Part shown: in pieces, positions 56,810-64,000 of the stretch | Position numbering within the stretch: position 1 is the first letter of the stretch | Layout: the number at the start of each line of letters is the position of its first letter | NCBI GenBank assembly: GCA_001782825.1 | Contig: MFPS01000007.1 | Coordinates: 84,487-148,486, forward strand | DNA from: Candidatus Magasanikbacteria bacterium RIFCSPHIGHO2_01_FULL_33_34 | Lineage (GTDB): Bacteria; Patescibacteriota; Patescibacteriia; Magasanikbacterales; UBA922 | DNA length: 64,000 bases | Reading direction: 5' to 3' | Made by a program: the position numbers and the translations under genes | The notes under the pieces: model-generated | Databases searched by the model: none | What the model was told of the DNA's origin: nothing | Seen by the model: only the letters and a program-made list of their open reading frames with translations

Positions 56810-58195
56810 TTATTCAACTATTTTTACTGCTTCTGTACTACTGACTTTTACTGTTTCAATATTATTAATCTTGCTCGCATCAATCGCTTCTTGGACTACT
56901 AGATCTTTGGCATCTTGTACAACCACTTTTTCAACTATATTAACGGCAATGGATGCCTCATCTACTACAACTTTTGTTTCCGTCTTTATCGTATCAAGTT
57001 CAATTATTTTCTGTAATGCTGCGGTAAAATTATCCTGTTCAATCAATATCTTTACATCAGCTTTAGTTGTCTCGGCTATTTTATTTGCTTCACCAATCTT
57101 TTGTTCTGCTACCACGACTTTTTGTTCAGCATCAACTACTTTTTTCTCGGTCTCCACAGCTTTAATCACTATGTCTTGAGTACTACTGGTTGTAGACTGT
57201 TTACTATTCATTTCAGTACTACTAGCTGTCTCACCAACTGCACCTTCTATACCAATAATATTTTTTGTGGTTGTAGTTGTCTTTATAATAGCAATGGTAC
57301 TACTAGCCTTCTCACTGGTTTCAACTACTGTTACATCTAGTTTTAATACTCCTTCTGTCAATTTGTCCAATCTGCGATTGATCGTATCAGTTACTTCTTT
57401 TTTTGTGATAACACTTTCTTTGACGTCCTCTTTGTTAACATTCTCTACTAGAACACCGACTGCTTTGATACCAGCATTTTGTATCAAAGCTTCTACTTCA
57501 ACCACATCTTTTTTAAGTTGTACTTTGGTTACCTCTGGAGCTATATCCTTAAGCTCAATAGTTCTTTCTTTTTCTTTTGGCTCTGTCAATGAATCTAATA
57601 TCTCACTTGTCTTTTTCTCAACTACTTTGGCAACCGCTACAACTTTCTCCGGAGACTTACCATTAACCTTGTCCATACTATCCTGAGTTGATTCAATTTT
57701 TTCCTTCAAAGATTTGATGGCTACAGTTGCTTGTTCGGTTGATTCTGATCTTTGATATTCATCAACTCTTGAAGAAGCGTGCTTCAATATAGTAGTTACT
57801 TCATCTTCATCTGATCCAATCACAGATGCCACCAAAAGTTCTGTTGATTCGGCTGCCATCTTGACTCCATACAATGCCTCGCCTGGCAAACTATCATATG
57901 ACGCGCTTACACTAGCAATCCAACCACTCACAGCTACCGCTCCTACCAATAATATAGTGAGACTTGATCTGGCCATTGATAATACTCTACCAGAAACAAA
58001 TACATGCAAACCTTCACTAATAGTATCAAACACACTTGTCTTTACCATCTCTTCATTCACTTCAGTATTTGTTATATTACATTTGATATCTTCAATCAGC
58101 TTGACACGAGTTTGCGCAACCCAAGAGCGGTCTGGATTTAACCGACCGTTTTCATTTTTTATATTCTTGAGTTGTTTTACAAGCTTTCGGCTCAT
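56810..58195 (-). CDS. Single-pass membrane protein, putative anti-sigma factor partner of the upstream ECF sigma
   Basis: Start codon 10 nt after the sigma stop. About 75-aa cytoplasmic N-terminus, TM helix LTILLVGAVAVSGWIASVSA, then a long E/K/V/T-rich extracytoplasmic region. Confidence 0.4.
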   Translation of the reverse strand: MSRKLVKQLKNIKNENGRLNPDRSWVAQTRVKLIEDIKCNITNTEVNEEMVKTSVFDTISEGLHVFVSGRVLSMARSSLTILLVGAVAVSGWIASVSASYDSLPGEALYGVKMAAESTELLVASVIGSDEDEVTTILKHASSRVDEYQRSESTEQATVAIKSLKEKIESTQDSMDKVNGKSPEKVVAVAKVVEKKTSEILDSLTEPKEKERTIELKDIAPEVTKVQLKKDVVEVEALIQNAGIKAVGVLVENVNKEDVKESVITKKEVTDTINRRLDKLTEGVLKLDVTVVETSEKASSTIAIIKTTTTTKNIIGIEGAVGETASSTEMNSKQSTTSSTQDIVIKAVETEKKVVDAEQKVVVAEQKIGEANKIAETTKADVKILIEQDNFTAALQKIIELDTIKTETKVVVDEASIAVNIVEKVVVQDAKDLVVQEAIDASKINNIETVKVSSTEAVKIVE

Positions 58196-58204
58196 AATAT
58201 AATA

Positions 58205-58768
58205 TTATTTTTTCTTTGGGCTTTTAGGCTCAACAAATTCTTTTAATTTTTTGGTAGCGCGATAGATTATTATTCGTACATTTGTTGCGCTGATATCCAA
58301 TATGCCTGCAATATCTTTGGTTGACAAACCTTCTATATATCTCAAATGTATTACTTCCTGATACTCATGTTTTAATTTTTTTATAGATTTTATCAAATCT
58401 TGCTGTTCTTCTTTTACTTCAATATCTATTCGCAAATCATTACCAACCAATGTCTCAGTCGCCACATCAATCAAACACTCATTCTTTCTGGCGCGCTCAC
58501 GATACACATCAATTATTCTATTTCTAGCAATTCTATAAACCAATTGTCTAAAACTGGTAATATCTCTCGGTTTCTCAATCAAATAATCCCAAGTTTTTAA
58601 AAAGACTTCAGAAGATATATCTTCAGCATCCTCACGATTGGATAATTTAAAAAAAACAAACCTATAAATCGGTTGAATATAAAAATCATACAATTTAGCA
58701 AATGCTTCTGTATCTCTCTTGCTGATCACTTTGTAAACTAATAATTTCTCTTCTATATGAGTCTTCAT
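58205..58768 (-). CDS. ECF-type sigma-70 family RNA polymerase sigma factor
   Basis: Region 2 (FAKLYDFYIQPIYRFVFFKLSNREDAEDISSEVFLKTWDYL) and region 4 HTH (LSTKDIAGILDISATNVRIIIYRATKKLKE). The track start at 58870 overlaps a palindromic array; Met35 chosen. Confidence 0.75.
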   Translation of the reverse strand: MKTHIEEKLLVYKVISKRDTEAFAKLYDFYIQPIYRFVFFKLSNREDAEDISSEVFLKTWDYLIEKPRDITSFRQLVYRIARNRIIDVYRERARKNECLIDVATETLVGNDLRIDIEVKEEQQDLIKSIKKLKHEYQEVIHLRYIEGLSTKDIAGILDISATNVRIIIYRATKKLKEFVEPKSPKKK

Positions 58769-58794
58769 ATATATAGACGGGAAAATGGTTAAAA

Positions 58795-58925
58795 TGTTAC
58801 ACTCTATGGCATTTAAACATGTAAGCATATAAACATTTAAACATATGGTGATTTCATCAATATGTTTCAACCCACATGTTTAAATGTTTGTATGTTTTAA
58901 TGTTTATATGTTTTAAATGCCAAAA
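58795..58925. repeat. TAAACAT-unit inverted-repeat array Z, immediately upstream of the ECF sigma gene
   Basis: GGCATTTAAACATGTAAGCATATAAACATTTAAACATATGG ... CATGTTTAAATGTTTGTATGTTTTAATGTTTATATGTTTTAAATGCC. Confidence 0.5.
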
Positions 58926-59307
58926 AAAATCGGAAATCCCGAAAGTGTACAGATACGAGTATACTATATATATGGTAAAGAAGCAAGTGGAAAGAGTTAA
59001 TTGTGCCATGTTTAATACACACTATCATTACCCCGCAACAGGCGGGAATCTATTAATTTACTCTCTATAAGCTATATTTCCGCCTATGTGAGAAAGACAA
59101 ATTATGTCTTGAAGAAATCGGCATAAATTATATTTATAAGTAAAAATAACCAAAAAAGCAATACTATTCAACAAAACCTCAAAATACACTAAAAAGTTAT
59201 TTGCAAATAAATTTTTACTGATTACACTAGCTAATATAGCTATATTTGTATAGACTATTGTATACAAATATGATTTTATATTATTTTTCAATCGCTTAAA
59301 TTAGCTA

Positions 59308-59353
59308 TTTATTAATATTTTGTATAGACTAGTCTATACAAAATATTAATAAA
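59308..59353. promoter_or_regulatory. Perfect 46-bp palindrome (TTATTAATATTTTGTATAGACT|AGTCTATACAAAATATTAATAA), candidate operator upstream of the HTH gene
   Basis: Verified base by base. The related half-site palindrome ATTTGTATAGACTATTGTATACAAAT lies at 59244-59269. Confidence 0.6.
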
Positions 59354-59460
59354 AACACCTAAATAACCAAAAAATCTACAAACAAGTATTGACAAAAACC
59401 TCATTATATGCTATAATTGTATATACTATTCTGTACAAAAAGTATAAATATTACTAAATT

Positions 59461-59799
59461 ATGACAGATTTGCCTACAATTGATCAATCCAAAGAAATAG
59501 TAAGAGTGTCAATTTCTGAAGCTGCTCGTTTATTTGGAGTGAATGCCCAGACTATACGTAGGGCAATCCAATCTGGCGAGATTACTTATGTGGTGGTAGC
59601 TGGTAGATACAAGCTAAACTTTGAAAGCCTTGTCAGATGGTCTCAAACCAAAACTACAGTTAAAAACAAATCAGAAAAGTTTGGTATCGGGCAATATGTG
59701 GATAAATGGAAGATAAAGAACACACTCTACTCCCCTAGCACCAAGAGCATAAAAACATCTAAACATAAAAACATAAAAACATCAGAACCGTCAGCCTAA
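59461..59799 (+). CDS. Helix-turn-helix DNA-binding protein of the excisionase/MerR-like 'excise' family
   Basis: VSISEAARLFGVNAQTIRRAIQSGEITYVVVAGRYKLNFESLVRW follows the excisionase-family DNA-binding pattern. 112 aa; Lys/Ser-rich C-terminal tail encoded by an (AAAACATA)x3 repeat. Confidence 0.5.
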   Translation: MTDLPTIDQSKEIVRVSISEAARLFGVNAQTIRRAIQSGEITYVVVAGRYKLNFESLVRWSQTKTTVKNKSEKFGIGQYVDKWKIKNTLYSPSTKSIKTSKHKNIKTSEPSA

Positions 59800-59815
59800 G
59801 GCTGATGGTTTTTGT
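59792..59815 (+). terminator. Intrinsic terminator (TCAGCC-TAA-GGCTGA followed by a T run) whose loop is the stop codon of the HTH gene
   Basis: Hairpin 59792-59806, then TGGTTTTTGTATT. Confidence 0.5.
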
Positions 59816-59953
59816 ATTAAAAGTTGCATCATTTTAGAAAATAAAAAAAGACGTCGCGAGGCTGGGAGCCAAGCGACGTCGTAGGGGATCTCTGAAGACC
59901 CCGTTAGGATCACCTTCGGTGAGGGTTACTCACCTTGGGTGAATCACACTGCG

Positions 59954-60943
59954 TCATGGGTAGACGCAAGTGTTTGTGCCCACGTCGCAGTATGGCGACG
60001 GTGGACACGAATCTCCACACGGCAAGGCCGTGTAAAGGGTGCAGTGCCAGTCTTCATAGCACTGCACGCAGGTGCCATCCAGGCACTTGCGTTTGTCCGA
60101 CGGACAGTCGGAGTGCCCACTGCACTCCGGTTCCGGCTTGTCGCAGGTGCACTCACCGGCGACGCAGGAGTAGCCGTCGTCGCAGACGACCAGTTCGTGC
60201 TGGCAACCTAGAGTTGCGTCGCACGAATCGGTCGTACAGCTGTCACCGTCGTCGCACCCACCCAATGGGGGGGCAACTTGGTCACACAAACATGTGTCCG
60301 GGTTTTGTGCCCAGACACCGTTGCACGCGTCCTCGTCATCACAGACGAGGGGCGCGCAGCTCGGCGGAGCGTCACACTCCGGAACACCGGCATCCGGTGT
60401 CCCAAGGGGACATGTCGGACACGTCGGTTCCGGAGTGCATCCACTGGAAGTCGAGCAAAACTCTCCTTCGTTGCAGATTGTGCTGTCGGGGACCTGGAAA
60501 CACCCAGTACCCTCGACACACACGCCGACGGTGCAGACGAACGGGTCGTTGCAAGCGGGCGGTTCGCCCGGACGACATTCGCCGTCCAGACAGCGCTCCG
60601 CGCCGTTGCAGAACAACCCGTCGTTGCAGTCCAGATCCATTTCACAGGTCTCCGGACAACCGACACACGTGGGCGGACCCACGCACTCGTTGCGACTCTC
60701 GTCGCAGGTCATGCCGTTTTGACACAGGTCACCGGTGTGGGCACATTCGCCCACTCCGATACAGTACTCCACGCCATTACAGAACAACCCGTCCTGCGGA
60801 CAATCGCAAGCGTTACCGCCTGCATCATCCGCCGAACCAGCGTCAAGGGTAGAATTGCCGTTTGGCAACTCCACCCCGAAGTGGTCACGGCCCTCACCGC
60901 AAGCGGCGAGAGCCAAGAAAGCAAGAATGAGGATTCTCATCAT
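59954..60943 (-). CDS. Cysteine-rich secreted lipoprotein (about 16% Cys) with repeated DGLFCNG.E.C / CDDGDSC-type modules
   Basis: Signal peptide plus lipobox (LALAAC-G); repeats DGLFCNGVEYC, DGLFCNGAERC, CDDEDACNG, CDDGDSCTTDSCD. 329 aa; high GC3. Confidence 0.5.
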   Translation of the reverse strand: MMRILILAFLALAACGEGRDHFGVELPNGNSTLDAGSADDAGGNACDCPQDGLFCNGVEYCIGVGECAHTGDLCQNGMTCDESRNECVGPPTCVGCPETCEMDLDCNDGLFCNGAERCLDGECRPGEPPACNDPFVCTVGVCVEGTGCFQVPDSTICNEGEFCSTSSGCTPEPTCPTCPLGTPDAGVPECDAPPSCAPLVCDDEDACNGVWAQNPDTCLCDQVAPPLGGCDDGDSCTTDSCDATLGCQHELVVCDDGYSCVAGECTCDKPEPECSGHSDCPSDKRKCLDGTCVQCYEDWHCTLYTALPCGDSCPPSPYCDVGTNTCVYP

Positions 60944-60964
60944 TTTCTTTTCTTTCTGCCACCC

Positions 60965-61423
60965 TTAGCGGGTGGCATAGCAGATGATACCGGTGACGAG
61001 AGCCGACGCGCCTGCTCCGGCCGCCGCGAACTTCCACGTGGCGTCGAACCAGACGTCGACGCGAGAGGCCGAAACCTCCACGTCGTTGGGGTAGCGGATG
61101 CTGCCGTAGGCAGCACCTCCTGCTGTTCCGGCGAGACCGCCGAGAGCCATTGCTCCCAGACAGCCCCGCTTCTGCGCAGGTACCTTGACCGTGGTCGTGT
61201 CCGTGATGGGCACGACCAATTCGACGTCACAGTCCCCGTCAGACGGGCACTGCACCTGGCGGTCAAAGACCGCTTCGCCGTTGGCGGTCACTCCGTCGCT
61301 GGTGTCAAGCATCGTGCTCGAGACCACCGGCCTGGCGGTGTGCACCGCACAACCGCTGAGGATGTTGACCACAAGGGCCAACGCGAGGCCGAAAACGGCC
61401 AGAAACAAAAGATCCTTCTTCAT
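60965..61423 (-). CDS. Small lipoprotein (Gly/Ala-rich C-terminus)
   Basis: MKKDLLFLAVFGLALALVVNILSGC lipobox; SD AGGAGAGAG 5 nt upstream of ATG. 152 aa. Confidence 0.45.
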   Translation of the reverse strand: MKKDLLFLAVFGLALALVVNILSGCAVHTARPVVSSTMLDTSDGVTANGEAVFDRQVQCPSDGDCDVELVVPITDTTTVKVPAQKRGCLGAMALGGLAGTAGGAAYGSIRYPNDVEVSASRVDVWFDATWKFAAAGAGASALVTGIICYATR

Positions 61424-61547
61424 GTCTCTCTCCTGTTTCCCGACATCTTATCGGGATAGTTTCTGTTTGGTTGAAAGGTTGAAAAGAAAGGTCACCCTGC
61501 CTGGTGGTTAAACTGGGCAAAATGACCAGCGATGTGGCTGATGAAGA

Positions 61548-62513
61548 CTATCTCTCCACCGCCACGGTCTTGGTCCTGGGGACCACGACCCGCACGTTTA
61601 CGGGCTTGTCAGCCCGCTTGCGCAGATCGTCAACCCCGACCGAGAGGTTGCCATACTTCGCCTCCAGGCTCAGTAGATAACCCCTCGTCTCTTCGGACCG
61701 CTTTTTGTCGGCCTCTTCATGGCTCCGAAGCCGACGATCATGCTCATCGAGCTTCTTGTTGACCCTGTTGATGGCGCGACCGTTCTTCTCGCTCTGCACG
61801 AGGCCCTTTTCGGTCAAGCCGAACAGCATGTTCAGCATGCCGTTCTGTGGCTTGCTCAGGTGGCAACACTCACTCGGAGTCTTACCACTCTTGACACACT
61901 CATCAAGCAACTTCTCGTAGGCAAGAACCTCCGCCGGGTCAGTCACGACCCAGCCTTGGAACTTCTTCAGGAGACGGTAGGTCTCCGTATCGGTTCCACC
62001 GACCAAACGGCGAGTCTCCTCGCCGTCGATCCTCATCGTCGAGACGATGGGGCCGTCGACGCCAAGCAGAGCCCTGGTGACATCACCATCCTTGGTGACC
62101 GCCGAAGCGATCTTGTCGACGCTATCATCGTCATTGAACTGCTGATACAACAGCAGTCCAATGACGACAGCGATCCCCGCCAAGATGGCGACGAACCACC
62201 ACACCGAACGCTGAGGCGTCGGCGAAGGTGCCGGAGGGGGCAGAGTCTTGGCGACCCCGCCATTGATGTGTGGCGGAAGACCGCCACCACCACCGTGCTG
62301 TTCCATGCTCATATTCTGTTCTTTCTGGCGCTCACGACGCCTCTTCTGGTACTCCGTCTCCGTGACGCCGGGAAGCGCCGAATTGGGCTTGGTGTCCTGA
62401 TTGTCAGCGACGACCGAAGGGACACTCTCCTTTTCCGGGAGAACATCCTTTCCTCCATCTCGAGTTTGAATCTCCCCAGCCGCTTCGAGCTCACGTCGTT
62501 CATTTGCGGTCAT
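61548..62513 (-). CDS. Single-pass membrane protein with a Pro/Gly-rich cytoplasmic N-terminus and a charged C-terminal domain
   Basis: Start MTANERRELEAAGE preceded by SD AAGGAGAGG; TM VWWFVAILAGIAVVIGLLLY; GC3-rich codons on the minus strand. Confidence 0.45.
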   Translation of the reverse strand: MTANERRELEAAGEIQTRDGGKDVLPEKESVPSVVADNQDTKPNSALPGVTETEYQKRRRERQKEQNMSMEQHGGGGGLPPHINGGVAKTLPPPAPSPTPQRSVWWFVAILAGIAVVIGLLLYQQFNDDDSVDKIASAVTKDGDVTRALLGVDGPIVSTMRIDGEETRRLVGGTDTETYRLLKKFQGWVVTDPAEVLAYEKLLDECVKSGKTPSECCHLSKPQNGMLNMLFGLTEKGLVQSEKNGRAINRVNKKLDEHDRRLRSHEEADKKRSEETRGYLLSLEAKYGNLSVGVDDLRKRADKPVNVRVVVPRTKTVAVER

Positions 62514-62800
62514 AACAATCCTCTCCTTTTGAAACCTATGTAGGGACCAGCACCATGCTGGAACTGGCCCCAAGTGGGACCAAAAATCCCACACAGGCAC
62601 AAAAACACAACCAATGCTCTAATGCCTATGTAGAATTTCCCTACGCTATATTCAATTGTAAGGAACAGAATAATATAGCACATTTTTACACTTTTGTCAA
62701 GTTTTTGTAGTGATTAAAAAAACAAAAAACTCTAACTAATTTCTATATTTGTTACATATCAAAAAAACCGCTTAATTAAGGCAGTTTTTTTGATGTTATT

Positions 62801-63925
62801 TTAATCTTGAACAGTAATTTTGGGTGGTGTTTCACTCAAATCGACGTCTATCAAATGCTCTTTACCGTTACTATCAACGGCAACAACCACTCCATTGTCC
62901 CCCTGCAAAAAAGTATATTCTTTATCAAAAATTATATAATCCTTGCCATTGCTGGATATCTTCATAACATTAGAACCACCTTTTACTACATCAATTTCAT
63001 TCTCATTTGCCTGTTCAGTATTGAATAATAATTCTGCTTCATCTTTATAATCATCGGTAATATGGTTAAGCATATTCATTCTTACTGCTTCGGCAATTTG
63101 TTCAGATGATGCTTTTGCATCTGTTTTTAGCAGATCAATTAATTCTTGATTTGAGGAATCAAGTGTAGAACTACTTCCCAAATCCTGTACTATCAAACTT
63201 CCAAAACTGGCTGAATCTTTAACATCATGCCCTTCAATGCTATGATAATTAACTCTATTCTTTAAATAATTCAAATATTTATTGAACTCTTGATCATATA
63301 CTTCTCTATATTTATTTTGTATTTCTGGATCAACTACAGACACTTCTGTATTAGATTCAATTTTTTCTGTTTCTGGTGATGTCTCAGCATCTTCAGCCTC
63401 AACTTGAGTATTCTGTACCGGAACTACTTCTTCACTAGGATATGAAACATTTTCTTCGCTTTCAACTTTCAATTTATCTACATCATCTGCGATCGGTTTT
63501 TCTACTGCTAGGTTATTTTCTGGTTTTACAAAATGATCAGCTCCAGAAATAGCGTCTACTTTGTTATCTGTAAGTGATATATCAGCCACAACCTTATTAA
63601 CATCTACTGCTTCAGTCACTCCACTTGGTTTATTTTCAACCGCATTTATCATAGCCTCAGTACTCACAAATGCAGAACCTTTTGGCAATTCACCGGTAAA
63701 TGGCACATTGATAGTTTTTTGAATAGTTTCAGTATGACCAACAATATCAAAATTTGATCGATCGCCACTCATTGCATCTATTGCAGGACCAGAAACATAT
63801 TCTGCATGAGGGCCAGCCGACAATTGCGCGTCCCCACTCATCAAAGCTTCATTGTTGCCAACTTCTCCACCTCTTGGACTCATTGCTTCCCATCTATAAC
63901 CTTCTAATTTATTGCCATCGTACAT
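62801..63925 (-). CDS. Acidic hypothetical protein (AT-rich, host-like composition)
   Basis: 374 aa, Asp/Glu/Ser-rich, no recognisable motifs. The reading frame may continue upstream toward the window end. Confidence 0.3.
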   Translation of the reverse strand: MYDGNKLEGYRWEAMSPRGGEVGNNEALMSGDAQLSAGPHAEYVSGPAIDAMSGDRSNFDIVGHTETIQKTINVPFTGELPKGSAFVSTEAMINAVENKPSGVTEAVDVNKVVADISLTDNKVDAISGADHFVKPENNLAVEKPIADDVDKLKVESEENVSYPSEEVVPVQNTQVEAEDAETSPETEKIESNTEVSVVDPEIQNKYREVYDQEFNKYLNYLKNRVNYHSIEGHDVKDSASFGSLIVQDLGSSSTLDSSNQELIDLLKTDAKASSEQIAEAVRMNMLNHITDDYKDEAELLFNTEQANENEIDVVKGGSNVMKISSNGKDYIIFDKEYTFLQGDNGVVVAVDSNGKEHLIDVDLSETPPKITVQD

Positions 63926-64000
63926 TTCTACCCCAAAACCATTATCTGTTGGATAATAATGTTTGATTTCACTACCTTGTAATGTCGCTGGAACTTTGGC

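Larger units (their letters stand above)
59850..62620. other. Compositionally foreign high-GC island (about 60-65% GC versus about 29% in the flanks)
   Basis: Sharp transitions at about 59850 and about 62600. Codon third positions are strongly GC-biased on the minus strand. Two of the three genes have strong GGAG-type Shine-Dalgarno sites, unlike the flanking genes. Confidence 0.8.

Noticed and set aside
58769-58870. N-terminal 34-aa extension of the ECF sigma ORF
   Set aside because: The extension runs through the TAAACAT palindromic array, is Cys/Ile/Leu-rich, and lies upstream of the conserved region-2 start. The Met35 start is preferred.
51841-58925. CRISPR array
   Set aside because: The TAAACAT arrays and other repeats are degenerate, palindromic and irregularly spaced, with no uniform direct-repeat/spacer architecture. 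No cas genes are present.
59058-59291. 77-aa minus-strand ORF between the sigma gene and the HTH gene
   Set aside because: It overlaps the TTGTATAGAC palindrome region and has no motifs and an AT-rich, low-complexity sequence. It is more likely non-coding regulatory DNA.
59935-62543. Long plus-strand ORFs in the high-GC island (59935..60852, 60278..61459, 61719..62543, 60294..60722 and others)
   Set aside because: They are Arg/Ser/Thr-rich antisense shadows typical of high-GC DNA. The minus-strand frames have GC3-saturated codons, signal peptides and lipoboxes, SD sequences and a sensible composition, so the minus strand is taken as coding.
62761-62800. A7-CCGCTTAATTAAGGCAG-T7 as an intrinsic terminator for the 62801 gene
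   Set aside because: The flanking A and T runs are suggestive, but the central segment does not form a convincing stem. It is not reported as a feature.
1-64000. Alternative genetic code (e.g. code 25 with UGA=Gly, as in some small-genome lineages)
   Set aside because: Recognisable enzymes such as Gmd, UXS, AsnB and NeuB have the expected lengths with standard stops, so there is no need to invoke stop-codon reassignment.

Overview
This is an AT-rich window (about 28-30% GC) with few Shine-Dalgarno-like sequences, and about 50 of its 55 genes lie on the minus strand. From position 1 to about 52 kb it is one very large cell-surface glycan and glycosylation locus. The locus contains: (i) a Pse-type nonulosonic-acid pathway (PseB-like, PseC-like, NeuB/PseI-like synthase, DUF386) with an acetamidino module (PP-loop N-acetyl-sugar amidotransferase plus HisH-like and HisF-like genes); (ii) a GDP-6-deoxy / 3,6-dideoxyhexose pathway (Gmd, a ColD-like His-variant DegT enzyme, an Rmd/ColC-like reductase), and at the left edge an apparently fused DegT-like 3-dehydratase / NDP-hexose 4,6-dehydratase; (iii) UDP-xylose synthase, an AsnB amidotransferase, and a CotH-like kinase-fold gene overlapping a metallophosphoesterase; (iv) nine or more GT4/GT-B glycosyltransferases and five Dpm1-like GT2 genes interleaved with four GT-C membrane transferases and several class I SAM methyltransferases; (v) a Wzx-like flippase, DUF2079, a Wzy_C-TPR protein and a KpsC/KpsS-like protein. 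Downstream lie secreted repeat proteins and an ECF sigma / anti-sigma pair next to a 1251-aa Thr/Gly/Val-rich surface protein. At about 59.85-62.6 kb the composition jumps abruptly to about 60-65% GC; this island carries three minus-strand lipoprotein/membrane genes with strong Shine-Dalgarno sites, one of them extremely cysteine-rich. Recurring non-coding structures include a conserved hairpin-embedded motif in the 5' leaders of three glycosylation genes, three TAAACAT-type inverted-repeat arrays, heptanucleotide tandem repeats (one inside a GT4 coding region) and a perfect 46-bp palindrome. No rRNA, tRNA or CRISPR array was recognised. The Candidate-Phyla-Radiation-like host context is inference from composition and gene content. 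All functional calls come from motif recognition by eye, without database searches. ORF-track starts often carry N-terminal extensions, and a few have been trimmed to the first conserved Met.
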